A model generated the notes under the pieces. The model was not told where the DNA came from. It saw only the letters and a program-made list of their open reading frames with translations, and made no database searches. From assembly GCA_965221775.1 (NCBI GenBank), contig CBDCSU010000004.1, positions 640,001 through 704,000 of the forward strand: a stretch of 64,000 nucleotides of DNA, read 5' to 3'. The translations under genes and the position numbers were made by a program. Below, one piece after another: positions 1 to 9,046 of the stretch (positions are counted from its first letter, which is position 1; every line of letters begins with the position of its first letter). Source of the DNA: Candidatus Latescibacterota bacterium. GTDB taxonomy: Bacteria; Latescibacterota; UBA2968; UBA8231.

Positions 1-2
1 AC

Positions 3-587
3 CGCTCCCGGGCGATCCCTGCCCGGGCGGCGCTGCGGGCCTGGATCGGCGGCGTCACCGGGTTCCACCGGGCCCTGGTGATCCTGGTCCTCGCCTGGGC
101 CATCAAGGAAGCCTGCTCCGCGGTGGACACCAGCGGCTACCTCCTGGCCGCCCTCGGGGACTCCATGCCGGCGGAGCTGCTGCCCGTGCTCGTCTTCCTG
201 CTGGCGGCGGCCGTCGCCTTCTCCATCGGCACGTCGTGGACGACGATGGCGATCCTGCTGCCCACCACCCTGCCCCTGGCCCACGCCCTCGGCGGCCTGC
301 CGACGACGGTCCTCGTGGCCGCCGCGGTCCTCGACGGCGCCATCTTCGGGGACCACTGCTCACCGATCAGCGACACCACGGTGCTGTCCAGCGTCGCCGC
401 CGGGTGCGACCACCTCGATCACGTGAAGACCCAGGTCCCCTATGCCGTCGGCATCATGTCGGTGGCCGCCCTCTTCGGCTACGTGGGCACGGCCGCCGCC
501 TATCCGGCCTGGGTCGGCCTGGGGCTGGGAATCGTGGTCTCGTGGGGGGGGCTGTGGCTGCTGGGCGAGGACCCGGACGCCCCTTGA
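3..587 (+). CDS. Na+/H+ antiporter NhaC-family membrane protein (5' truncated by window edge)
   Basis: Hydrophobic helices, GTSWTT and GAIFGDHCSPISDTT motifs; frame is open to the window start. Confidence 0.85.
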   Translation, partial: RSRAIPARAALRAWIGGVTGFHRALVILVLAWAIKEACSAVDTSGYLLAALGDSMPAELLPVLVFLLAAAVAFSIGTSWTTMAILLPTTLPLAHALGGLPTTVLVAAAVLDGAIFGDHCSPISDTTVLSSVAAGCDHLDHVKTQVPYAVGIMSVAALFGYVGTAAAYPAWVGLGLGIVVSWGGLWLLGEDPDAP

Positions 588-591
588 GGGG

Positions 592-1110
592 CTACCAGGA
601 AGCCGTGGTGCGGTCCACGATCTCCTCGACGATCATGGCCATGGCCGCCTCGACGGCGGGGTCCCGCCCGTCCTCGTCGGGCAGGGCCGCGTCGTAGGTC
701 CCCCAGCCCACGAGAGATTCGATCTCGAGCAGCTCGCCCCCGTCGGAGGTGCGCTCGAGCAGGGCGCCGCCGAAGAGGCGGAAGCGGTACTGCTCCGTCA
801 CCTCCGCGGCCGTGTGGATGAGGGGCTGGTCCTCGAGCCGGTCGAGACGCAGCAGGAGCACGGCGTCGGCCGACCCCTCGTCGACCACCCGCAGGCGTCC
901 GTCCTCGATGAAGGCCTCGGTGAGGTGGTCCGTCAGCCTTTGGGCGATGTCGACCTCGGGGGTCCCGTTCTCCGCCGCGGGGATGGCCACGCTGCGGATG
1001 CCGCCGACGAGGCCGCCGCTCGTGGAGTAGTGGGAGCAGGCGCCGAGGAGCAGAGCGAGGACGAAGAGGATGCGCCGCGGGGCCGGCGATCCCGCCTCAG
1101 CCGGATGCAT
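592..1110 (-). CDS. LptE-like LPS-assembly lipoprotein
   Basis: Lipobox LLGAC followed by IRSVAIP..EN.T..(L)T..L.EAFIEDGRLRVV...ADAVL pattern; start 1110 or 1125. Confidence 0.7.
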   Translation of the reverse strand: MHPAEAGSPAPRRILFVLALLLGACSHYSTSGGLVGGIRSVAIPAAENGTPEVDIAQRLTDHLTEAFIEDGRLRVVDEGSADAVLLLRLDRLEDQPLIHTAAEVTEQYRFRLFGGALLERTSDGGELLEIESLVGWGTYDAALPDEDGRDPAVEAAMAMIVEEIVDRTTASW

Positions 1111-1120
1111 CCGGCTGAGG
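1095..1120. repeat. Perfect 26-bp palindrome CCTCAGCCGGATGCATCCGGCTGAGG
   Basis: Read directly; covers the stop of the upstream gene and the probable ATG of the LptE-like gene. Confidence 0.95.
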
Positions 1121-1666
1121 GCCATCCGGTCCGGAGGGATCCGGCTCCTCCGCCGCCGGACCGCCGTCGGCCGGTCCGGTCGATTCGTAGGTCTCGGAGG
1201 GCAGGTCGGGAACCACCTTCGAAGGGGCGGCCTCCATCTCGGCGATCCCCTCGAGGGAGATGGCGCGCGCCGTGTCGCCCACGCTGATGGGCTGGGCCTG
1301 GGGCCGCCCCGACAGATCGGAGGACCGCACCGCCAGGCCTTCGCGCTCGCTGCCGTGACTCCCGTAGAGACCGAAGGAGTGGCGCACCATCATGGCGCTC
1401 AGGGTGGCAGTGGCCGCGGGGGCTCCCTCGGCGAGGGGAGACCGGGCGGTGGCCATCCGTTCCTGCACATGGGTGACGGCCACCCGCCCCTTCACCGATT
1501 CCCAGCGTCCGAGACTCTCTCCGGAGTCGGGGTCCCGGATGTCGTCGTGCTCGGCGACGACGGCGAACAACATGCCCTCGTGGACCCCGTCGCGGGCGCC
1601 GACGTTCAGCACCAGGGTCGTATCGTCGACGATGGCGGCCACCTTGCCGGTGATCGGCTCGCTCAT
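1097..1666 (-). CDS. Hypothetical protein, FlgT C-terminal-like beta domain
   Basis: GKV...LVLNVGARDGVHEGMLF.V....IRDPDSGESLG pattern; native codon usage. Confidence 0.6.
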   Translation of the reverse strand: MSEPITGKVAAIVDDTTLVLNVGARDGVHEGMLFAVVAEHDDIRDPDSGESLGRWESVKGRVAVTHVQERMATARSPLAEGAPAATATLSAMMVRHSFGLYGSHGSEREGLAVRSSDLSGRPQAQPISVGDTARAISLEGIAEMEAAPSKVVPDLPSETYESTGPADGGPAAEEPDPSGPDGPQPDASG

Positions 1667-1762
1667 CTCAGCCTCTCCTGACTCTCGGGTACTGTTGAAG
1701 TCGCTGCCGTGGAAGATAGGGGTCCCGCGGCTCGGCGGCAGGCGGGCGGAAAGCGCCGGGGG

Positions 1763-2788
1763 TCAGTCCGGGAGCAGGGCGATCGATCCCATGGGCTGGT
1801 CGCCGGGCCTCCAGTCGACGAGGAAGTCCTGCGGGTCCCGGTAGCCGTTCAGCCCGCCGCGGCTGCGGACCTGGTAGCGCACGGCGTAGTGGAGGTGAGG
1901 CCCGGTGGAACGGCCGGTGCTGCCCATCGTCCCCAGCGTGTCCCCCCGCGCGACTCGCTGGCCCTTGCTGACGAGGATCTTGTGCAGGTGCCCGTACTCG
2001 GTGCGAAGCAGCCCCGGGCGCGAGGTCGCCGTCCCGTCCTCGGCGATCACCAGCGGGTCGTGGTTGACCACGACCACCTTGCCGAGGAACCGGTCGGCGT
2101 AGGCATAGGCCACCTCGCCGGCGGCGGTGGCGACGATGGGCAGGCCCCGGGGGCCCGCCAGATCGATGCCGAGGTGCTTCGACTTCAGTCCGGTGAAGGG
2201 GTCCTTCCGATCCCCGAAGCCGGAGGAGACCCGCACGCGGCGGACATCGGCCACCGGCCAGATCGTCGGTACGTAGCGGAGGTTCTCCTTGTTGGCCTCG
2301 AAGGCCTCGATCAGGCTCTGGGAGCTGGTCAGCTGGTAAAGGGCTTCCCGCTGAAGCTCCCGGATGCGCCGGGACAGATTGTCAACCCGCTCCACCGCCG
2401 GCCGGGCGGTGGAGTAGCGGGGCAGATCGTCCGGCAGCTGCCGCCCGCCGACGCCGGGGGCCTGGTCACCGGCGCCGACGGAGCCGACGGCCGGATCGTC
2501 GAGCCCTCTTTGGCCCGCCAGCTTGCCGACGACCGCCTCGAGCCGGCCCAGGTCGCGGCGGGCGGAATCAAGCCTGGCCTCGAGGAGGACGTTGTCGCCG
2601 TGGAGGCCGGCCAGGCCCGCCTCCGAACCGGCGCGAGTGTGGAACTGGAAGGCGTAGTAGGCGAAGAGGCCGGCCAGCAGTGAGAGGGTGATGCCGCCGC
2701 TCCAGAGGAGACGGGTGGAGAGCCCGAATTCGCGGACCCTGCCGTCGTTCTGGGGGATGACGATGAAGTTGATTCGTTTGCCGCGCAT
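1763..2788 (-). CDS. M23 family metallopeptidase
   Basis: N-terminal TM and coiled coil; HLGID, YGHL, GSTGRSTGPHLHY motifs. Confidence 0.92.
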   Translation of the reverse strand: MRGKRINFIVIPQNDGRVREFGLSTRLLWSGGITLSLLAGLFAYYAFQFHTRAGSEAGLAGLHGDNVLLEARLDSARRDLGRLEAVVGKLAGQRGLDDPAVGSVGAGDQAPGVGGRQLPDDLPRYSTARPAVERVDNLSRRIRELQREALYQLTSSQSLIEAFEANKENLRYVPTIWPVADVRRVRVSSGFGDRKDPFTGLKSKHLGIDLAGPRGLPIVATAAGEVAYAYADRFLGKVVVVNHDPLVIAEDGTATSRPGLLRTEYGHLHKILVSKGQRVARGDTLGTMGSTGRSTGPHLHYAVRYQVRSRGGLNGYRDPQDFLVDWRPGDQPMGSIALLPD

Positions 2789-2960
2789 GCTGGTCCGTCG
2801 GGGGAGGAGGCGGATCAGACGGGAAAAATAGGTCGAACCCCCCGGATCGCCAACTGCCGCCGATGGTTGCGACCTCTCCGCGCGATTCGTAACTTCATTC
2901 GTTTACGTACTTGCCCTTCAGAAGCGCTCATCGGCCTCCCCCCTTCCGCTCCGGAGTACC

Positions 2961-4877
2961 TTGATGATCCACGGCCCCCGCCGTATCGCCGCTCTGGTGC
3001 TGCTCGCGGCCTCGGCGGCCGCAGGGGAGGCGGCCCCCCGGCCGACGATCCAGGACGAGCTGAAGAACTCCTTCTTCCCCATCGTTCGCTACATCAACTC
3101 CTACTACATGTACGAGATCTCCCCCGACACGCTGATGCAGGCCGGGCTGAGGGGGACTTTCCAGGCCCTCGATCCGTCCTCCGACTACTCCATCAGCGGC
3201 CCCGAGGAGGACTGGCAGAGGAACTTCTCCACCTTCGAGCGCGCCGTCCGCGTCGTCGACAGGAAGGCGTTCTACACCGTGGGTGCCGACACCCTGATCC
3301 GCTACGGGATCGCCGGCATGATGTCCGTCCTCGATCCGGACACGGTGTTCATGGAGAAGCAGAGCCTCGACAACTTCCACATCAACACCCGCGGCGAATA
3401 CGGCGGCCTGGGGTTCCGCATCCAGGTCGTCTACCCCGACAGCGCCATCGCCGTGTGGGCGCTGCTGCACGAGGACACCCCGGCGGCGCGGGCGGGGGTG
3501 AAGTCGGGCGACCTGATCCTGGCCATCGACGGCGAGTCGACGCGGTCGATGAACGCCAGCGAGGCCGCCACCCTGATGCGCGGCACCGTCGACACCGACG
3601 TGACCCTGACCCTGAGCCGGGCGGGGGTGGAGGAGCCTTTCGACATCACCGTCACCCGCGAGGTGGTGCACATCAACTCCGTGCCCTCCCACGTGCTGTT
3701 CCCCGACTCCACGGGCTACATCAAGCTCACCGGCTTTCAGCACAAGTCCAGCCAGGAGGTGCGCGCCTCCCTGGCCGATCTCCTCGACCGGGGCATGAAG
3801 CGGCTGATCTTCGACCTCCGCGGCAACGGCGGCGGCTACCTGACCGAGGCCGTGCAGGTGGCGGACCTGTTCCTGCCGCGCGGCCGTCTCGTTGTCTACA
3901 CCGCCGGCCGCGCCTTCGAGGACACGACGCGCTACATCACCACCGAGGAGCCCATGTTCGGCGAAGGGCCGCTGGTCATCCTCGTCGACGGCGCCTCGGC
4001 GAGCGCCTCCGAGATCGTCTCCGGGGCGGTCCAGGACTGGGACCGGGGACTCGTCCTCGGGACCCCGACGGTCGGCAAGGGCTCGGTTCAGCAGACCGTC
4101 AGCATCGGCGAGCGCGCCGAGCTCAAGCTCACCATGGCCGCCTATTTCATCCCCAGCGGCCGCTCCATCGACAAGCGGATGCGCAAGGACTCCACCCTCG
4201 TGGCCATGGCCGACCAGGAGTACCGCACCCGAACCCTCGGCCGCCAGGTGCGCGGAGCCGGCGGCATCACCCCCGACATCGACATGGAGCGCCGGCGTTC
4301 CTCGCGGCTCTACTCCCAGCTCTCCGGCTGGGGCCGGAGGGGCACGGCGTTCTTCAACAACAGCCGGTTCTTCCGTTTCTCCCGGCAGTACCCCGCCCGC
4401 CACCCGGACCTCTCCCCCGACTTCGTCGCCGACGAGGGCACCCTGCAGGCCTTCCGCGACTTCGTCGAGGCCGACGGCTTCGAGTACACGAGCGCCCTGG
4501 AGACCAGGCTCGACGAGCTTCGGGAGGAGGTGGACGGCGAGGGAGACCGGGCCAGGGAGGCGATGGACGGCTCGCTGAAGCAGGTGGAGGGCGAGATCGA
4601 CCAGATCGAGGAATTCCACTGGAGGGACAACGCCGAACTGCTCACCTGGAAGCTGACCTTCGACATCCGCGAGAAGGCGTTCGGGATCGAGCAGGCCTAC
4701 GCCTACGACGTCACCGTCGACCCGCAGATCCAGCGCGCCCGGGAGATCCTCGGATCCGAGGCCGAGTACCAGGCCTGGTTCGAGAGGCCCGAGATCGGCG
4801 GCGTGCCGGCCATCGCGGCGGCCACCGACACCGGGTCCGTCGAGGCCGACGGACTGGTGCGGCTCGGCGGAGACTGA
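2961..4877 (+). CDS. S41 family carboxy-terminal processing protease with PDZ domain
   Basis: Signal peptide; GLG PDZ loop, DLRGNGGG, SASASEI, GKGSVQ motifs. Confidence 0.92.
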   Translation: MMIHGPRRIAALVLLAASAAAGEAAPRPTIQDELKNSFFPIVRYINSYYMYEISPDTLMQAGLRGTFQALDPSSDYSISGPEEDWQRNFSTFERAVRVVDRKAFYTVGADTLIRYGIAGMMSVLDPDTVFMEKQSLDNFHINTRGEYGGLGFRIQVVYPDSAIAVWALLHEDTPAARAGVKSGDLILAIDGESTRSMNASEAATLMRGTVDTDVTLTLSRAGVEEPFDITVTREVVHINSVPSHVLFPDSTGYIKLTGFQHKSSQEVRASLADLLDRGMKRLIFDLRGNGGGYLTEAVQVADLFLPRGRLVVYTAGRAFEDTTRYITTEEPMFGEGPLVILVDGASASASEIVSGAVQDWDRGLVLGTPTVGKGSVQQTVSIGERAELKLTMAAYFIPSGRSIDKRMRKDSTLVAMADQEYRTRTLGRQVRGAGGITPDIDMERRRSSRLYSQLSGWGRRGTAFFNNSRFFRFSRQYPARHPDLSPDFVADEGTLQAFRDFVEADGFEYTSALETRLDELREEVDGEGDRAREAMDGSLKQVEGEIDQIEEFHWRDNAELLTWKLTFDIREKAFGIEQAYAYDVTVDPQIQRAREILGSEAEYQAWFERPEIGGVPAIAAATDTGSVEADGLVRLGGD

Positions 4878-4882
4878 GGGGC

Positions 4883-5797
4883 ATGGCCGAATCCGGCAGC
4901 CGGCGCCGCCTGCCGGCCTGGTTGAAGGCGAAGGCGCCCGGCAGCCCCGGCTACCTGAGGCTGAAGCGCCTGGTCAAGGGGCTGGACCTGAACACCGTCT
5001 GCGAGAGCGCTCACTGCCCCAACATCGGCGAGTGCTGGTCCGCCGGCACCGCCACCTTCATGATCCTCGGAGACGTGTGCACCCGCAGTTGCGGCTTCTG
5101 CGCGATCAGGACCGGGCGCCCCACCCACGTGGACCACGAGGAGCCCGAACGCGTGGCCGAGGCGATTGCGCGGCTGCACCTGCGCCACGCCGTCATCACC
5201 TCCGTCAACCGGGACGAGCTGCCCGACGGCGGCGCCTCGATCTTCGCCCGCACCATCCGCGCCGTTCACGAGCGCTGCCCCGGGACCTCGGTGGAGGTGC
5301 TGATCCCCGACTTCCAGGGCAACTGGGACGCCCTCGCCGAGGTCCTCGACGCCGGGCCGGAGATCCTCAACCACAACCTCGAGACCGTACCGCGGCTCTA
5401 CCGCCGCATGCGGCCCCAGGCGCGCTACGAGCGCTCGCTGGAGCTCCTCGACCGGGCCCGGTCCCTCGGGCCGGCGCCGACCAAGTCGGGCATGATGCTG
5501 GGCGCCGGCGAGACCCGAGGGGAGGTGGACCTGTCGATCCGCGACCTGGCCGCCGTCGGCTGCGGCATCCTGACCCTCGGCCAGTACCTGTCCCCTTCGG
5601 AGCAGCACGTGCCGGTGGACCGCTTCGTCCCGCCCGAGGAGTTCGATGCCCTCGGAGAGTTCGCCCGGGCCCTCGGCTTCGGCCACGTCGAGTCGGGACC
5701 GCTGGTGCGCAGTTCCTATCACGCCGAGCGCCAGGCAGGCGACCTGGCGGCTGTCGGCGGAAGCTCTCCCATGGAGATTGCCAGAGGAGGTCCATGA
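4883..5797 (+). CDS. lipA: Lipoyl synthase
   Basis: CESAHCPNIGEC, CTRSCGFC and RSSY motifs; ATG at 4883. Confidence 0.97.
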   Translation: MAESGSRRRLPAWLKAKAPGSPGYLRLKRLVKGLDLNTVCESAHCPNIGECWSAGTATFMILGDVCTRSCGFCAIRTGRPTHVDHEEPERVAEAIARLHLRHAVITSVNRDELPDGGASIFARTIRAVHERCPGTSVEVLIPDFQGNWDALAEVLDAGPEILNHNLETVPRLYRRMRPQARYERSLELLDRARSLGPAPTKSGMMLGAGETRGEVDLSIRDLAAVGCGILTLGQYLSPSEQHVPVDRFVPPEEFDALGEFARALGFGHVESGPLVRSSYHAERQAGDLAAVGGSSPMEIARGGP

Positions 5798-6801
5798 CCC
5801 TCGACGAGAAGTCCCTGGCGGGCTACCTCAAGCGAAAGAAGCTGACCGGCGAGGGCGAGGGCGTACTCGATGTGCGCCAGGTCGGCGACGGACTGAAGAA
5901 CCTGGTCTACGTCGTGGTCACCACCGAGCAGCGGCTGGTGGTCAAGCAGGCCCACTGGCGGGTGCAGGTGAAGCAGCGCTGGTGGACGGACCGCAAGCGG
6001 CTCTTTGCCGAGAAGTGCTGCATCGAGACCCTGGCCAACATCCTGCCCCCCCAGGTGCTCCCCGAGGTTCGGCTGGAGGACCGGACCAACTTCGTTCTGG
6101 TGACCACCGCTCCGCCCCGCGACGCCACGGCCTGGGCCGACGAGCTGGACATGGGCCGCATCGATCTGCAGGTCGCCTCCCAGGTCGGGGAGCTGCTGGC
6201 GGCGGTGCACAACCAGACCTCCGAGATGGGCGATCTGGAGACGCTCTTCAAGGAGACCAAGCCCTTCGAGCAGCTGCGGGTGGAACCCCTCTATGGGCGT
6301 GTGGCCGCCGCCTTCCCCGAGATCCGGACGGCGGTCACGGCGCAGGCCCGGGCCCTGATGGAGAGCGGCCGCTGTCTGGTTCTCGGAGACCTGCGGCCGC
6401 GCAACATCCTCATCGACAACGGCGAGCTGTACCTGGTCGACTTTGCCACCGCCCACTTCGGGCAGCCATCCTTCGACCTCGGCTTCTACGCCGGCGACAT
6501 GTGTCTGAAGGCGATGCTCAACCACCCGCAGAAAGCCGCCTACCTCGAGGCGATCAACGTGTTCTGGGGAGCCTACACCCGCACCGCCGAGTACGAGGGA
6601 GCGGCGGAGGTGGGCAAGTCCGCGGTGCGGGACTTCGGCTGCCTGCTCCTGGCCCTGGTCTGCGGCCGGATGCCCGTGTACGAGGGCGACGAAGCCTTCC
6701 GCGACCTCACCTTCCGCATCTCGCAGAACCTCCTGTCCACCGAGGCGGAGAAGATCGAGGACATCACCGAGTCCATCAATCGAACTCTGATCGATGGATG
6801 A
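5794..6801 (+). CDS. APH/methylthioribose kinase-like phosphotransferase
   Basis: VGDGLKNLVY, VVKQA, GDLRPRNIL, LVDF; ATGA overlap with lipA and GAGGAGG SD. Confidence 0.75.
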   Translation: MTLDEKSLAGYLKRKKLTGEGEGVLDVRQVGDGLKNLVYVVVTTEQRLVVKQAHWRVQVKQRWWTDRKRLFAEKCCIETLANILPPQVLPEVRLEDRTNFVLVTTAPPRDATAWADELDMGRIDLQVASQVGELLAAVHNQTSEMGDLETLFKETKPFEQLRVEPLYGRVAAAFPEIRTAVTAQARALMESGRCLVLGDLRPRNILIDNGELYLVDFATAHFGQPSFDLGFYAGDMCLKAMLNHPQKAAYLEAINVFWGAYTRTAEYEGAAEVGKSAVRDFGCLLLALVCGRMPVYEGDEAFRDLTFRISQNLLSTEAEKIEDITESINRTLIDG

Positions 6802-8339
6802 GGCGCGCCCCCGCCGCCATCCTGCTCGCCCTCTCGGCGTGCGCCCCCGGCCCCGCCTCCGACCCCGGTGACCCGCGGGCCGGTGTGCCGCCGCCGGCGC
6901 GCGAGTTCCGCGCCGTCTGGGTGGCCACGGTCGACAACATCGACTGGCCCTCGCGGCCCGGGCTCACGTCCGGACGCCAACGGCTCGAGGCGCGGGAGAT
7001 CCTGGACCGGAGCCGCGACCTCGGGCTCAACGCCGTCGTCCTCCAGATCCGCCCTCACTGCGACGCCCTCTACGCCTCTCCCCTGGAGCCTTGGTCCTAC
7101 TACCTGAGCGGCCGTCCGGGAGAGCCGCCGGAGCCGCCGTACGACCCCCTGGAGTTCTGGGTGGAAGAGGCCCACGCCCGCGGCCTCGAGCTGCACGCCT
7201 GGCTCAACCCCTACCGCGCCGACCATCCCGCCAACCGGGAAGGCCTGGCGCCGGAGTCGATCGCCAGCCGCCGCCCCGACCTCGTGCGCACCCTCGGCGA
7301 CAGCGGCTACCTGTGGCTCGACCCCGGCTCCGAGGAGGTGCGGGAAGCGACCCTGTCCGTGTTCCTCGACGTGGCCGGACGCTACGACGTGGACGGCGTG
7401 CACCTGGACGACTACTTCTACCCCTACCCTTCTTACAGCGGCGGCGCCGACTTCCCCGACGAGCCCACCTGGCAGGCCTACCTCGAGGATGGCGGCGACC
7501 TCGAGAGGGCGGACTGGCGGCGGCAGAACGTCGACCGCTTCGTCGAGAGCCTCTACACCCGCCTGCGGGACCTGCCGCGGCCGGTGAAGCTCGGCATCAG
7601 CCCCTTCGGGGTCTGGCGCCCGGGGCACCCGCCCTCGATCCGGGCCGGGATCGACCAGTACGGCACGCTGTTCGCCGACCCCCGGCGGTGGCTGCACGAG
7701 GGCTGGCTCGACTACTGCGCCCCCCAGCTCTACTGGCCGATCTCCAAGGTGCCCCAGAGCTTCCCGGTCCTGCTCGCCTGGTGGACCCGAAACAACCCTC
7801 ACGGACGGCACGTGTGGCCGGGGCTGTTCACCTCCTCCGTGGCCGCCCGGGGGTGGGCGTCCCGGGAGATCGTCGACCAGATCATGGTGACCCGCGGCCT
7901 GCTGGACCCCCGCCCGGGGCACATCCACTTCAGCGCCCGCGCCGTTCTCGACTCCGGCCGCGTCGGCGCCCGGGGGGACCGGCTCAACGCGGCCCTGGCC
8001 AAGGGGCCGTACCGCGGACCGGCGCTGGCCCCGGCCACCCCCTGGCTGGACGACGAGCCTCCCGAGGCTCCGGCCGTGAAGGCCCGCCTCGGCGACGGCG
8101 AGTTGCTGCTGGACTGGTCCCGGCCGGAGGGCGAGGCTCCTTTCCTCTACGTGGTCTACACCAGGGCTTGGGAGACCGGATGGCGCCACCGCATCGTTCC
8201 CGCGGCGCGGACGGAGCTGCTGCTGCCCCACGGAGAAGCCGGGGAGAGAGGCGCGGTGGAGTCGGTGGCGGTCACCTCCGTGGACCGCATGGGCAACGAG
8301 AGCGAGGTGCGCGTCCATACCCTCGAGAGCCTGCTCTGA
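6798..8339 (+). CDS. Glycoside hydrolase-like family 10 (YddW/DigH-like) lipoprotein
   Basis: Lipobox LSAC; EFRAVWVATVDNIDWPS, HAWLNPYR, DGVHLDDYFYPYP, PQLYW; FN3-like tail. Confidence 0.9.
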   Translation: MRRAPAAILLALSACAPGPASDPGDPRAGVPPPAREFRAVWVATVDNIDWPSRPGLTSGRQRLEAREILDRSRDLGLNAVVLQIRPHCDALYASPLEPWSYYLSGRPGEPPEPPYDPLEFWVEEAHARGLELHAWLNPYRADHPANREGLAPESIASRRPDLVRTLGDSGYLWLDPGSEEVREATLSVFLDVAGRYDVDGVHLDDYFYPYPSYSGGADFPDEPTWQAYLEDGGDLERADWRRQNVDRFVESLYTRLRDLPRPVKLGISPFGVWRPGHPPSIRAGIDQYGTLFADPRRWLHEGWLDYCAPQLYWPISKVPQSFPVLLAWWTRNNPHGRHVWPGLFTSSVAARGWASREIVDQIMVTRGLLDPRPGHIHFSARAVLDSGRVGARGDRLNAALAKGPYRGPALAPATPWLDDEPPEAPAVKARLGDGELLLDWSRPEGEAPFLYVVYTRAWETGWRHRIVPAARTELLLPHGEAGERGAVESVAVTSVDRMGNESEVRVHTLESLL

Positions 8340-8389
8340 GACCGCCGCCGTTGCCCCCGTCCGAGGCATCGGGCATATTTGCTGGATTC

Positions 8390-9046
8390 ATGCCAGTCAT
8401 CGCCGACATCGGAACGCGGATCGAGCTGGTGCCCATGGACGGGCACTTCCACGACATCACGGTGGCCCTGTACCGCCAGTCCACGGCGGCGGGCCCCGCC
8501 TTTCTGGTGCACAGCTACAGCGCTCTCGACGGAGCCGAGGAGCGCCTCGAGGAGATCGGCTCCCTCATGACGATCCTGGGCGGCCTGCAGCCGTCGTTGG
8601 AGGCTCCCGGCCTGCTGGCCTTTCCCTGCGGAGAGGAGCACGGCCTGGCCGTGCGCCGTCTCTTCCTCGAGGCGTGCAAGATCGGCTCCCTCGACGATGC
8701 GGCCCCTCTTCCCCTGTCCACGGTGGACCGCAAGTCGGGCCTGACCATCGTCGTCGAGCCCCTGGGAGAGGGCCAGTACCGGGTGGAGGCGTTGGGAGAG
8801 GCCGACGAGTCCGACCGCTCCCGCCGCGTCCGGGTGATCGTCAACGGCCTCATGAAGCTGGGTGAGATGCGGCCCGTGGAAGGCGCCGGCGACTGCGTCG
8901 GCTTCGACTGCCGCCACTCCCACGACGAGCTCGTGGGGCTGCTCCTGGTGCGCGCGCCGAACGTGCGCGCCATCGTCCGCGAACAGCAGGCTCTGGCCGC
9001 CCGCGGCGTGCTGGCGGCGCCGAGCCAGCAGGGGAACGAGTCATGA
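8390..9046 (+). CDS. Hypothetical protein with two internal LG-x13-F-x-C-x3-H repeats
   Basis: ATG at 8390, ATGA overlap with the next gene, native codon usage. Confidence 0.75.
   Translation: MPVIADIGTRIELVPMDGHFHDITVALYRQSTAAGPAFLVHSYSALDGAEERLEEIGSLMTILGGLQPSLEAPGLLAFPCGEEHGLAVRRLFLEACKIGSLDDAAPLPLSTVDRKSGLTIVVEPLGEGQYRVEALGEADESDRSRRVRVIVNGLMKLGEMRPVEGAGDCVGFDCRHSHDELVGLLLVRAPNVRAIVREQQALAARGVLAAPSQQGNES

Noticed and set aside
8340-8389. Cobalamin riboswitch before the corrinoid operon
   Set aside because: Gap is only 50 nt and has no B12 box
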